Assembly (NCBI GenBank): GCA_965644295.1
Contig: CBFFRP010000020.1
Coordinates: 104,087-168,086, forward strand
Source: Paraphysomonas bandaiensis
Lineage: Eukaryota > Protista > Chrysophyceae
DNA length: 64,000 nucleotides
Reading direction: 5' to 3'
Shown here: piece by piece, positions 28,680 through 42,045 of the stretch
Layout of the letters: the number at the start of each line of letters is the position of its first letter
How positions within the stretch are numbered: position 1 is the stretch's first letter
The notes under the pieces: model-generated
Database searches by the model: none
Told to the model about the DNA's origin: nothing
Seen by the model: only the letters and a program-made list of their open reading frames with translations
Position numbers and translations under genes: made by a program

Positions 28680-29095
28680 CTTAAAGACTCAGAATTCTGA
28701 AGTCAGCAGATGCCAGGTATATCAAAAGTCTGCTTGCTCAATACGATTGCTTTGAGCGATAGAGCGAAAGTGGTTGTATCTTTGTGCTTGACGAGGTAAC
28801 GCACAAGCAGCTTTTGTAGCGCTAAATAGTAGTATATCAGAGTTGAGCACTAGCTAGTTAAATTATTTGCTACATTAGTTGTGACCAGGGCCTGGTAACC
28901 GTTAATGGCCCATTAATGGATTAATGGTAGTCCAGTTCCCGGTAATTATAATGGCATTAATGAAAAGTGTCCCGGCAATTATAATGGCATTACCATTTAT
29001 GGCCATTAATGCCATTACCATTAACGGTTACCAGGCCCTGGCTGTGACTCTTACATGCCTATTGCTAATAATCAGACATTTGCTACGCGCTACTA
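28680..29095 (+). repeat. Unclassified dispersed repeat family, copy 3 (interrupted by a MITE)
   Basis: Colinear with 13190-13375 on both sides of the 28886-29040 insertion. Confidence 0.7.
28886..29040. mobile_element. hAT-type MITE (155 bp)
   Basis: Perfect 23-bp TIR CAGGGCCTGGTAACCGTTAATGG; 8-bp TSD GTTGTGAC/GCTGTGAC (1 mismatch); internal CCATTAATGG motifs. Confidence 0.88.
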
Positions 29096-29686
29096 TAACT
29101 GCCAGGATCTATTTCATTAATTGCCATTATATTTGCCAGGAACTGGGCACTCATTAATGGATTAATGGTCACCAGGCCTTGGTCTCAGCTACCTTGGAAA
29201 GCAAACGAACAAAGTAATATTGTTATGAGTACTATCCATTCCGATAATGGCACAGAGAATGCTACACCTCAACTATCAAACAGCTCTGAACACTAGTGTC
29301 CGATCGTTTCATGTATATAAATTGTACTATTCGGAGAAGAAAGGAGTACCTTAAAGCACTTTCATACGTGTGAACTAATAGTAGAAAATCCAGGCGTCGA
29401 TGACAATTACGAGGGATAATCATAAACTTACTACTATATTATGCTTAGAATGCAGTAATTCATAGGGGTCGTCTTCTTCAAAAATGTCACACACTAAACG
29501 ATATCATCGCGTAGTGGGTAGAAATTAAATATTGTTTGCTGTCAATATGTTTCGTAGGAAAGAAGATGACTGATAAACTTCGTAAACAGCGGTATAACTA
29601 CAGCAAAGCGCAGGGTAGTGTAGATCAATTGCACAACACAAACCCGCATATGAATTATCATAATATGAGAGGTTAGATGATTTAAT

Positions 29687-31747
29687 CTAAGAGAACGACA
29701 CATACTCATTTTCTCCACCCGAAGGGGAGGTATTGGGGCGAGGTGACGGAGTATCGCGAAAAGAAGTATATGTGGAACTCTGATCGCCAGTAACTGCGGC
29801 GGGTTGTTTTTGTACAGGAGTGGAAGACTCCACAAAGCCTACAGTGTCACTATAGATACATGTAATTATATTTCGTAACAAGAAAATAGAGGTACCTGTT
29901 GTCTGCTGAAAATGAAGGTAAGTGCTCCACTGGCCTTGCTTCATCTGCCTCGTCGTCAAATGTTGCAGTCTCCGAGGAGCTCAAAACATCCCCCTTCCAT
30001 GGTGTCTGCTTGGCATCCTTGTCTCGAAAAGAACGGTCTGACTCAGGGCATGCTAGCGCCTAGTCGCACAAAACATGACTTACATGCTAGAAAGTAGGTA
30101 CAAATGCAGAACACAACAATATCATGAAGAATAGTGCATCATGCACTGCAAAGCGATAATATGAACACATAGTCTAAGATCAAGGCAATATGATATATCT
30201 GGATATATACCTGAACAAAGTGGACCACGATAGGGCGAGGCAGATGTTTTAGCATGCGAACCACACCTACAAAATCATAAATATTACAGCACAACCCCTC
30301 AAGACAGGTTCGGGAATATAACAATGAGTACCATTAAATGTTAGTGATCCCGTGGCATTTCCATTTATTTTGCTCACAATATCTCCTGCTAGTAGCCCCA
30401 TGCAGGAATCAGGATTCTATAAACAATATTAACATTATGCATACATATACATAAACATAAGTCGAGCATATACTACATACACAGCAAGAAGGAAACACAA
30501 ACTGCATAGTACAAACAGCAATCCCTAGGTATCACCTGAATAAATCCAATAACAGCAGGAGTTCCAGGGGAATCGCAGGGGATTAGAGTAATACCAATAG
30601 TCTGTGTTGTAAACACCAAAGACGTTTCCCGAACCTACAAATATCCATTACCCGCGCAGTACCATATTTGGATGAAAAAACCTTTTCCATCAGTCCTAAG
30701 AACGCCTTCGTCGAAGTTAAGTCCGATACATGGGGGACCCGAATCAAAGAGGTTAAATACGTCTGCCAGTTGTAAAGTAAGGTTACAAATACTAAAATAT
30801 GAGCAGCGATGACTGATATCTAAATATTTTCATATTCTCCATAATAACGCCGCTGCAATAATTTAGTGCATAATGCTATACCTGCAGCTGCGTCTCTCTC
30901 TCTGTAAGAAATGCTGGATCATTATGATCCGTCACTACGATATCCATTAATATTGGAAATTATAGTTTACAAACACCTACTCATTTTCGATTTCCTCTCA
31001 GGAAGGGATGGTAAACTGAGCATCAACACGATTAGATCAGCACCACAATCGTATTAACAAGGATATAAAATCGCAATAGCTCTCATACATTCAAAACACA
31101 ATACTTCAAAATAACTTGCCTTGACAGCAGGTGATGTCCCTTAAAATGCTGCCTTATATCGGAGTTCAAGTTGACAAAATCTTTGAAGCGCCTGTAACCA
31201 ACAGAATTTAACAACTCACTTGTACACACGGTTATTATAACATAAGTATACATAATCTATAAGTAGCAAAGTTTCATGACATCATAATGTTTTCACGCTA
31301 CCTGTGCACGGTGTTCGTATAACCATCGGCCAGGCGTGTGGTTTCTATTAAATACCAAGTGATCATATCTTCGCTATATCCATCTGACCCAGATCGATGC
31401 TCTGCTATTTTAATGTCATAAACCTCCTCGCCCTGACTCTGTGATATCTTCTGAGTTAGCTCAACAAGTTTTTCTCCTCCAACAATACATTCGTAGTCGA
31501 ACCCAAACCAACCGACTTTCTTTATCTCTATGTACCCAGACACACCGCGTATACTGAATAGTATCCTATGTCCGGAATTTTCCATGAACATACTGCTGTT
31601 CCCCAAGGATCCTGGTATTTCTTCGTGGTTCAACATGGCACTTCTTACCCCTGTCAGAGGATCGTGATATACGCTGATAACATGCACGACCCCGCCCCTA
31701 ATATAGTTCCAGGTTCTCGTTAACTGACCGTCAATCACTGTCACCAT
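29687..31747 (-). CDS. Sorting-nexin-like protein: FAIM-like + PX + PDZ domains
   Basis: TWNYIRGGVVHVISVYHDPLTGVRSAM..FDYECIVGGEKL (FAIM-like); TWYLIET..VHR/RFKDFVNLNSDI..LPSLPERK..FLTERETQLQTYL (PX); IGITL..GLTAGDIVSKING..VVRMLKHLPRPIVVHF (PDZ). Confidence 0.78.
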
Positions 31748-32437
31748 AATTACTACTGAAACTATAAGTCCAAAGTAGTTAATATTATGTGGCAACGCTC
31801 TATTGGGTTTATTGAGACCAGGATGCTGTGCTGAGCCACCGAGCATATGTATATGCATATATACTGCTGCTGTACATGTATATGGAGCTGTAGACCAGAC
31901 CACAATCGAGTTGGGACAAACAGGCTTTTACATAAACAATCAGTTCTTGGATACGGGGAATCAGGCCCAATAATCCAGGGATTTTAGTTGTATTTTGTTT
32001 TTTGATGATTAGCACATCGAAAAAATGGTAATTTTTGTGTAATTCCACCGTCCACACAGCAGTAGAACTTCTTATACGTAGTGCAACATACCATACACAC
32101 AGCAATAGTACATATAGTATCCTACATATCGCTCTTTAGGGTATTCCTTATAGATTTAGGAACATGTTTTTAGGAACATTTTCAGGAACATTTGTTGCTG
32201 GAATTTTGCAAAAACCCCCCCTTATACATTTTCAGCAACATTTTCAGGAACATTTTCAGCAACATTTGTTCCTGGCAAAGTCGGCAGCAGGCGTTTTTGC
32301 CAGCAACATAGGCCAATGTTCCTGGCAAAACGAATTTTTTCCAGCAACACAGGAACATTGTGACGTGCATGAATATATACTTTAAAGTGTATATTATTAC
32401 ATGAATTTACTATACCTAAAACAGTTATTGTTGACAT

Positions 32438-33117
32438 ATGGAGGAAATCGATGTTAATGTGGAGGCTGCCGATGAGGTCGGCAACACTGACACCGCTGTC
32501 GACGAAGCTGAGGACCAGCCAGAACCGGTGGTCAAGTTCACCTCAGCCGCTCCCTTGCTGAAACTGTTACAAGAGAAAGACCTAGGAGGTTCGGGTTATA
32601 TATTGTGATTCTACACAACTCTTCTATTTTTTCTGTTGCCTTGCCGGTGAGAGTTCGTCACAAACTTCCATGAGCAAGGTAGAGATCAGGAGAGAGATTA
32701 TGCAGTAAAATTCTTATTCTGGTTGCGAGATATTGGTACACCAGACGAGCACGTTCAGGGCATCTTGCGACACGCTGAGTCTCTCTCAAACCCAACCTAC
32801 ACAAATGAGTGGGCCAAAAAGAAGGATCCAGGGAGGGTGCGTGCTCCAGAAGATATTCCAGCTGTCTATTCCTAGGCAGACCAGCTTGTAATAACTGCAG
32901 GGGCTTCATGTCTGGTAAGGCTGTCGATATGTCAGTAAATCGTCTGCAAGATATCAAGGATATGGCACCTAAGCATACAAGAGCCCCCATAATCACCAGC
33001 CTCAAGGATCGTCTTGAGACTCTAAAGGAAATGGGCTATGACCGAAATGATCCACCCTACCTCTCGCTTTCGCAGGAGCTACTTAAGGAACAAGAAGCTG
33101 AGACTATGGAGTTGTGA
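32438..33117 (+). pseudogene. Gene fragment inside the Harbinger-like element (acidic N-terminus, helical C-terminus)
   Basis: ATG 32438 gives MEEIDVNVEAADEVG...LLQEKDLG, then a GT donor. ORF 32809-33117 follows on the same strand. No DDE transposase motif seen. Confidence 0.4.
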
Positions 33118-33338
33118 GCTCTTATCACTGAACCTGCAACAGAAGTAAATAACAACGGGTAGAGTTGATATTGAACTGCTTGAAAGTTGTGCATTGACTG
33201 GTTACAGTCATAATAAATATGACCAACTTTCTAAATTAATTGTTTTGTCGTAGATCAGCTACTTAACTTAACACATTAATACAAGTTAAGTATTAAAATC
33301 AAAATCCTCTACCATATGAAGTTGTTAATATTATTTCC

Positions 33339-33480
33339 TCGTGCGGGTGGATTCTTGTGAAACACCAACCTCTATCGTGCGGTTGGATTCTTGTGAAACA
33401 CCAATCTCTATCGTGCGGTTGGATTCTTGTGAAACACCAATCTCTATCGTGCGGTTGGATACTTGTGAAACACCAATCCT
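33339..33480. repeat. 36-bp tandem repeat, about 4 copies
   Basis: TCGTGCGG(G/T)TGGATTCTTGTGAAACACCAA(C/T)CTCTA head-to-tail, no spacers. Confidence 0.92.
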
Positions 33481-33569
33481 ATCTACAAGCAACTTATAGA
33501 GTGAAGAAATTGCATCTTATTATCAATAATCAATATAATATGTTCACTTAAAGCATATACAATAGAGAT

Positions 33570-34050
33570 CATAGCGTCCGATAGCTGTTTATTACACTTG
33601 GTACGCAGCATTTCGTTCTAAATTTTCTTGACATGGTGTCTACTTTCAGTTGACAATAAGCTCGCACTAACTTTGTAGGATCATTTCTATACCTAGTGTT
33701 ATGCTTGCTATTGAAATAACTAGCTAAGACTTACCATTACGATAGGCACGGTAGCAATCAAGATTGAAATTTTCAGCCAGTTGTAAGATGTATCCACCTT
33801 CACCTAGGCGGTCACGTTCTATCCTTTGTTCGTCTGTGAACCAATCATCCCCTTCGTATACAGCAATGACATCTCCGTTGTTGTAGGCTATGTGAGAAAG
33901 AAGGCCATGACCCGTGCTCGAGGTGTATGTCTGACCATTGCTGTCGCGAGCTACAAGCAAAGAAGGTCTGTGGTATAGTGCTCGCTTACTCTGTTCCTCT
34001 ATCCTGGCATCGAAAACTAGAATTTGGAGGCGGTTCAAATGTGTGGGCAA
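33570..34050 (-). pseudogene. Frameshifted SET-domain-like sequence carried in the transposon
   Basis: GHGLLSHIAYNNGDVIAVYEG..GYILQLAENFNLDC, then after a frameshift near 33726 LASYFNS. This is the SET motif order GxGL / GxxIxxYxG / YxxxL / ID / AxxxNH. Confidence 0.6.
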
Positions 34051-36304
34051 CTAACAAGTCTTTTGCATTTTCTTCTATATGAAACATTTCAATAATAATA
34101 CTTTCCCTATTGGCAGGCAAATCAAAAGGTTGAGGCAATTCAGGTGCCACCTCAATATCCATTTCAACTCCGTGGCATACTCCATCTCCTCTTTAATCTT
34201 CAAAGTCCATAGGTATGGCTTCAGTGTTATATAACGGTTGTCAAACTATGAGATGTACTATGTTAAAGTTGGCGAACACATAGTCCCTTCAAACTGATAA
34301 TGTTGCTGGCAAAATGTTGCTGAAAATGTTCCTAAATCTATAAAGGGGCTTTTTTCAGCAACATTTTTAGGAAGAAAAACATGCGAGGAACATGTTCCTC
34401 AAAATGTTCCTAAAAAAATGTTCCTAAATGTATAAGGGATACCCTTAGTGTGGTATCATAAAACGCCTTTAAGAATTTAATTCATTTTTTCCTTTTAAGT
34501 CGCCGGTTTGGTGGTCTGGTCAGTGAAATCGTAGTTTGGAATCACTCTGAATTGTTTCAAACTGTGTAATCACGATCGTTCAACACAGAGATATTACATT
34601 CCGTTGAGTGCTCCATCTCAGTGGCTCCTGGTACCTGTGGTTTAACCCTTAGCAATTCTTAAATGATTGTATTTAGCTGAGTATGATGATACGTTACAAT
34701 TACACGAACCCACACCCATTCATAGGTGTATAGCATAGTTCAGGCTCCTACAGTGCTTGTCCCTAATTACAGTACAGTGAAAGGGTTTACACTACAAGGT
34801 GTCAGGGTCATTTATTAGTGGTATTAAATCATTGGGCGTTCTATGTTGCGTAAAGACTACTCAAACAAGGTTTTACCCGTTCGCGTCCACTTTACTGAAG
34901 GTACCTGTATAAAGTTATGACGAGACTATTTTCCTTGAAAGAGCAGAAGCGGTTGTAAAGAAGTTATTTAATATGCACGTGTTGTTGATTTTGCGGCATT
35001 CGATTCTTACGAAGTTAGTGGTGGTATGCAAATATCTGAACCAGGAAGGAACTATTTTTAGTATCGGGATGTAAGTTATTGTGGTTATGCAAGGGGGTAG
35101 ATGTAGCAGCTCAATTTGGACTATTGATATCGAAAATATTGCCTTCATGAGCATATATTAGGTCCGGCGCAATTCCTTAACATTCAAGGAGACATCTTAC
35201 CATAGAAATATATACAAACAGTATTTTAATATTAGTTACCTGCTGAACAGCTCAAAGTTTTTCTTCCTTGCACAGTGTTCTATGTCTCATATAAAGTTGC
35301 TGGTATCGTCATCCATGCGTGCTCTATGTGACTATGTAAATGACTTAGGTGGGAAAAAGGATATAGCACTATTGTAACAATATCTTAACTACTAATATTC
35401 CCTAAGTTTTATCATTTTAAAAGGATTTCGTCAACACTTATGAACTATTACTACTCTACTTTACAACTACTGCATGGAGCTATACTTCTATATTAGTTTA
35501 ACTGAATAATTTTTGTTATTAATTCTATAGATTAACGTTAGAATATACCCGTAAAATGTACTATATTATTAACATTTAGGATGGCTAAATTTACAATTTA
35601 CGTAATTGAATTGAAAATTGAATTGAATTGCCAGCTCACACACTAAACTCATCACTATGGTTATTCACTACAGTTATACTTAACCACGGGTTGAAAGGCG
35701 AAAGACCCGAGTATTAAAATTCGGACAAGGGACGATACTCCATATCCATAGGATATAGGATATAGGATAAGATGTAGTATACCCTTATGATGTTGAAACC
35801 TAATATCTAGAATGTATAGCTATTTGTATCATGCTTGCAGTAAGCGGATATAGGATATAGAAGTTCAATATTAAGAAAACGAATGAAAAATCAACGCAGG
35901 CGTGTAATATATATTACTATATCGAGTATGCGCGTACAATGTACATTGAGTTGTAATTATAAACACCTTATCAACCTCATCATCGATGAAATCTACTTTG
36001 TAATATTTGAGGATTTTTAATCCATTCTAAAAGGTAGTTTAATTAGGTACGAGGAGCCATTTCAACTGCTTCGACGAGGTTGTATAACTGTATACCACAT
36101 CCCGAAACATCTAAAATGGAGTCAATAAAACTAAAATCCACTGCTGTGGCAGTAATGTTGTAGTTCGCTGTTCGGTAGTAATCAGCGCTCAAAATCTTAG
36201 CAGCTTACCAGTACATATTGGATTCAATTTACAAGCATTACTAGCCGATCTCAAAAATGGCTACAAGCACCTACAAATGCATGCTTTCGTTTGAATATGT
36301 CTAA

Positions 36305-38460
36305 TTAAAGGAGGAGTGTAATGGGATTCTGGGCGTACTCCTTGAATGCTTGAAGCCACTCCGCCCCGACAGCTCCATCGACAACGCGATGGTCACACGA
36401 GAGCGTTGTGACCATAACCGGGGCGATCTGTACAGTCATACATATTATATAATAGATGATAAAATTCGGCATGCTGTGCTTACCGCCCACTTTTCTTGAC
36501 CTTCCTCCGCAGCCCTTGGGTTCGGGATGACAGTATCGGTAATTGTGCCAAGAGCAAGGGCGCACGCCTGAGGGGTCAAAACGATGGGTGCAGCGCTCTT
36601 CACTCCAAACACACCTACATTGAATCATGAGTATATAAGATACTGCGACGGCGATAAAAACAAAACACCCTACTACACAACCATATACCCGCTATCTACT
36701 CATGCGTACACTGCAACACACCTAGGTTATGAATAGAAAATGTTCCCATTGCCAGCTCTTCGCCATTTTCACTGCTGGTCATAGTTGAAAGCTACAGATA
36801 AAAAGAGTGAGTATTCATTATACTGTGACATCGGTTTCTTCGCATATATTGATAGATCATTTCGTCGCACAAAAATGAAGTAATAAATGTGTATGAGTAA
36901 AAATAAATGTGCAAGTGATATACACCTCTTCAGCGATTGCAGCTAAGCCCTTGGAGTCCGCACCCTTGAGTACGGGTGCTCTAATGGTTGACCCGCTCCC
37001 GACTAACACATTGATATCGACCTACAGGGGCATCAGCACGGCATACGTACATAAGATCGGATACCTGGTCATATCTACGAACAAAGCTGTCCATCCAATG
37101 AGAGTTTACAACTGGAACCTGCATGAAAATTATATAGGGAAAAACTTGCGCGTAATAGAATAAAGGATGCCATGTCAGCATTAAGTACAAACAACAGCTT
37201 GATGTAAAAACAACAGTTACCTTAGTCATCGCTTTCGCAGCAGCCTTCACAAGAAAGTCTTGAACAGACACCTCATGGTCTCCGTCGTTGTTCAGCTGCT
37301 CTCTGAGAGCCATGAGCTTGGAGAGGTTGACCTCTACAGACAAGAAGTAATGTGGGACCACTTTCTTTGAGTGGGCAAACATATCGATTAGAGACCCTGC
37401 AGCGCCTGTTGTACTAGGGGCAGTTGTCGAAGAGGTAGAGACATGTGTGTTGGACTCAGTAGATAATGTAGAGGACTCAGAGGCACTCGAACTTGTGCTG
37501 CTCGTGATTCCCTTACTAATAGCAGCCTCCACGTCGGCTGCAATGATGCGATTGTTTGGACCAGAAGCGAAACCATGAGCAGGAAGTGTAGTCAAGTCAA
37601 GTCGAGCGTCCCGAGCAAGATTCCGTGCGTATGGGGACGCAAATACACGATCTCCAGAAGGCGCTGCTGTGGAAGCAGGGGCTTCGGGTTTAACTGGAGT
37701 TCGGTCAGGCTGGGGTTCGCTCTCAGCTGGGACTGCGGTGGCCTCTGCAACTGATGTAGTAGACTGCCCAGAAGAAGCATCCGCTAGAGTATAGTTGGCA
37801 AAGGCAGACACGCTTGATTCATCTTCCACAGTGATCATCATAGGCTCACCGACCTACATAAGGGTAACATAAGGGAATAGAACATCCATAGCAGCACTTG
37901 AACAATTACTGGCAGGCACTATACGCCGAGCACACAGCTTCTCAATAGCAACCGACCTTGAGTTCACCAGAGCCTACAAGTATCTTCGCTATATATCCAT
38001 CATCAGTCGCTTCATAAGTGACAGTTGCTTTGTCAGTTTCAACTTCACAGATAGCGACTCCTGGCTCGAAACCATCGCCTTCCTTCAACAGCCAATTAGC
38101 AATTGAGCCAGATTCCATTGTCTGAATTGAAAGGTAAGGAATAAGGTATTAAAATGCTATCACGCTGAGCTTACAGGAGAGAGAGCAGGCATCGGGACTA
38201 CTGTGTGGCTGGGATACGAGGAGAACATCATCGCCTGCTGCCTGAAAGGAGAAGTGTAAAATCCAAAGACAGATGCTGTCTTGAAATTGTGTGCAGCAGT
38301 GCGCCCCGATATTTTTCTATAGTATAATTAGATTAAAAAACACAGAGTGCTGCAGTGCAGTGCACCTCCCGCTCGTGACCCCCATCAGCCGCCCCACCTT
38401 CACGCTGCTGTTTCTAACTCCATTTACACTGACTCGAGACCTCCATGCCAATCGCATCAT
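36305..38460 (-). CDS. DLAT: Mitochondrial pyruvate dehydrogenase E2-family protein (single lipoyl domain; divergent catalytic domain)
   Basis: Arg/Ser-rich presequence; [19 protein letters not shown] lipoyl motif; ASPYARNLA subunit-binding domain; VPHYFL; [16 protein letters not shown]. Confidence 0.82.
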
Positions 38461-38731
38461 CTCGCTGTCAATTAAATAAGCAGAGCTATGACTACAATAC
38501 AGCAATTGCTTGTCAAATGCTGGTATGAAAGCACCGCACAATTATAGATATAACACTGTAGTGATGCAAGTATTTCAGGTATTTTATTCCTCTGTCTATG
38601 ACCAGCAGTGCCCAGCAGTGGCATGTGTGATTATCACTAAAACAAACCCCATACCACTGCTGCACCATCATCCACAATACCAAGAATACACTGTATTACG
38701 GAAGTACATGTACTCTATTGTACAATCAAAG

Positions 38732-38820
38732 TGTACCAGTCTAGATGTACCAGTCTAGATGTACCAGTCTAGATGTACCAGTCTAGATGTACCAGTCTAG
38801 ATGTACCAGTCTAGATGTAC
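38732..38820. repeat. 14-bp minisatellite (TGTACCAGTCTAGA) x6.3
   Basis: Perfect tandem copies in the intergenic region between two divergent genes. Confidence 0.95.
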
Positions 38821-39169
38821 ATGTTATCCTATAACATGAAAATTTAGGTACTTCGGCCCACCTCCAGAGTCTGCAGTACATGATGGGCATGTGATGTAGA
38901 TGAGATATTAAGACTGGTACTTATATTTGTTGGTTTGATAGTTAATTAACGGTACATAGTGTATAGCGGTGTACCAGAGACAGTGCATTGGCTTCTGAAT
39001 AGGACTATTAAACGGATTAGGTGGGTTACTGTATCGATGAGCTTATGTGGTTTAATATACAGACATAGACACACATCTTGTTATTAATAATACTTGTGGG
39101 ATTCTGATATTGTGCATAGGATTTGTTATTGCTGCAAGGAATATTCTTTCTCGTTGGAATACAGTGGCT

Positions 39170-41561
39170 ATGGAAGAATATGGGAAGCCCTCTAATTCAA
39201 GCCCACAGTCTTCAGATATAGATATAGCTACCTGGCTGGTGTCTACAGTTGACATACTTCCCTCTCGGTCGGTACAGTATACTGCAGTGTTAAGGGAAAA
39301 GCATGGATTAGAAACCGTGAATGATTTATCGAATATTCTTCTCGTTGATAATGCTGCTCTAGAGGGTCTCGATATTGACAATGATGATCTCGAAGAAATC
39401 ACGGAGCACATCGAGATGTACCGATCCCTGTCCAAATCCCCTCCACCTACTATTGCCAAGGGTAGAGTTACAGTAGCCCATCATGATAGTAGCAGTGATG
39501 ACGATGATGAGCCTGATGCAGTACTATCTGTTTCCTATTTATCACCTTGTACGGATGAGAACCAGGATCCGCCAACAAACAACGAGCCAATACTTGCTGA
39601 ACAGATGAGTATTTTGGATGATTGTGAGGCAGATGTGCAAGTTGAAAAATATTTCGAAGACCCTTTTCAGTACACAACAGGAGAAGATCCAATCAGTAGT
39701 ATCAAAGATGTTGACCCTCAGAAAGAAGGTTGTCTTGAGCAAGAAGGTGGCATCGAAAAAGAACAGTGTAGTGGGATAGACAGTGAAGCAGAACCCAAAC
39801 CAGTAATAACTAACTCTAAAAGAAAGAAAAAAAAATCAAAGAAGAAGAAGAAAGGGAAAAATGTGGAGGCTGACACAGTCGAAGCTCCAACTCCTTGTGA
39901 GCGTTTGAGCGGTATCGAAGTGATCTCTGTAGGTACATCAAAAGATGTGGAAGTGTCACCTGCTGATAACGTATCGTATTGCACCGATGTGACCGCTCAT
40001 GAAAATTTACCAAGTCTTGAAGCAGTGTGCTCTCAGGGTAATGTGGAAGACGATCATGAATTGGTTTATCAAGATTCTGCACCGAGTAATACCGAAGACA
40101 CTTCTCTATGTCATATCCCACATGATATAGAGGTTAACCCTGATAAAAATAGAACTATCTGTGAAGGAGAACCCTGCTCTAGTGTCTCATGTGAAGATGT
40201 TTCCGATACCCACGACCCTAAAGATGTGCCCGGAGATCATGATTGTCCAACACACAGCGTCCCATGCACACCCAATGGGTCCCGTGGATACTCTGATCAC
40301 AGCCATGAGATGAATGCACAGGTTTCTCCTGAGGTTTACTTAGACTCTGGAAATGAAATTATGAAGGCGGACAGGGACACTGAACTAACGGGGAACACTT
40401 TGAACAGCAATGATGCGATGCACGTCGGTATCGATGATAAATGTGAGCGTTCGACCAGTGGGTCGCAGCTGATGAATCTTTCCTGGCGAGAGAGATGGGG
40501 AAATATCTCGATGTGTTCCAGTTCTGATTCGGAGAGTGAAAAGTCTCATGATGAGATACACAAAGATAGTCATAATACGGACAGCAGTGACAGCGAAGAT
40601 GATCGTATTCAACCATACGTGAAGTCGTCCATAAGAAACGATTCTGTGGATACCGGAATGACACCTGCTCATAAGTCAGGGCGCCGTGTGTTCAAAGTCT
40701 CGCTACAACAGTGGATGGATGGTGTTTTGAAAGGTGAGTGATAGTGGAATATTTTTATTATATTATATCGCTCACTACCCCTGGTGTGTAGAGGTTCCCA
40801 AGTTTGTTCGGCAGACAATGGAGTGTATGAACACCCTTGGTGTAAGCTCCATGGACGACCTTTGGCATAAACGTAAGCGGTTGAATCTCAGAGAGCTGAA
40901 ACGTGTGAATTTGCCTACTCCGGCTGCATGGGCTGTTTGTCGCGCACTTCATGACCTTCACACTCTGTCGTATATTGACAGCGATGGTGCGACTACTTCA
41001 ACTCCCAGCGGTTATTTACCTCAAGTTCCCGATTGCATCAGCGAGCGCCAGGATCAAAACACTTCTTCGTTGAGTGAGGAGTCGTCATTTGCTCCAAGCA
41101 CTCTGAATGAAAGGGCACACAAGGCGAATTCAGATGCGGATCAATCCGCCACTATGACTAAATCCTTACTGGATAACAGTATATATAATGACGTCGTAGA
41201 AACCAATCAGTGGCGTAGAAGTTTGTCCAGCAGTTCTGATGAAAGTGAAGGTATCAGTAGTTTTCACGAGGGAACTGTACTTGACAATGAAGCGACAGCT
41301 TCCACCATATTCCCCTCGGAAGCAGCTATTAGTGACACGGGCAAATCTGAGGAGACATCAGTATCTTGTCATGTCTGGGCAAATGCCACGCGCATAATAG
41401 AAGATAGCAGTAGCTCTGATGACGATGACATGATACAACCTTTATACCCTGCAAAAACGCATGTTGCAGTCCGCCCAACTAATCGAGTAGAACAATGTGA
41501 TTCACCAAATATGCTTGCTAACTCAAATGGAGTAGTGAGTTTGAGGAATTTAAGTCTCTAA
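39170..41561 (+). CDS. Largely disordered acidic protein with two SAM-like helical segments (2 exons)
   Basis: Long ORFs joined by an intron at ~40735-40791. DIATWL..LREKHGLETVNDL and SLQQWM..LGVSSMDDL resemble SAM domains. Poly-Lys NLS-like tract. Confidence 0.6.
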
Positions 41562-41824
41562 GTGTGATCAGATGTATATTCGCTGGTTTCAATTAGTATA
41601 AAGTAAAGTAAGTCTAAAGCTGTAGTACCATGAGCTGCTTTTGCCTTCTAACGTGATATTATCTATTAGAAGAGTGGTATAAAATTCTAGACGCTTTATA
41701 GAATTCTGTTACTATAAGTAGTAAAGGTCCTATTCCATAGAGTAGTGGCAGCGATAGAATAGCTTGAATTAGAGCTATTCACTTGAAGCGTTTGCTGTCT
41801 CAGCAGATGCAGCCTTATGTATCT

Positions 41825-41950
41825 TACAATTTAACTAACTAGTGCTTAACTCTGATATCCTACTATTTGGCGCTACGAAAGCTGCTTGTGCGTCACAGCA
41901 AGCACCAACTACTTTCTCTCCATGTCCTCAAGGTGAACAGCCCGGAAAAG
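41825..41950 (-). repeat. Unclassified dispersed repeat family, copy 4 (partial)
   Basis: TTTAACTAACTAGTGCTTAACTCTGATATCCTACT...AGCTGCTTGTGCGTCAC...AAGGTGAACAGCCC matches the reverse complement of the 13.2-kb and 28.8-kb copies. Confidence 0.65.
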
Positions 41951-42045
41951 GTGCGAGTCCGCCTTTGTTAGAGTTTTTAAAACCAATTAATTTAATTGGC
42001 AACTCAATTAATTGTTATGCTAACATGCTAACCGGTACTCTACTA

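Larger units (their letters stand above)
32139..34444. mobile_element. Non-autonomous PIF/Harbinger-like DNA transposon (~2.3 kb)
   Basis: 27-bp TIR GGGTAT(T/C)CCTTATA(G/C)ATTTAGGAACAT (2 mismatches); 3-bp TTA duplication at 32136-32138 and 34445-34447; arrays of subterminal AG(G/C)AACATTT repeats at both ends. Confidence 0.85.

Noticed and set aside
33339-33480. 36-bp repeats with a weak internal palindrome, CRISPR-like in length
   Set aside because: Head-to-tail with no spacers, no cas genes, eukaryotic context, inside a DNA transposon.
38732-38820. 14-bp perfect array as a telomere or regulatory array
   Set aside because: The unit is not telomere-like and nothing beyond its position suggests function; treated as a minisatellite.
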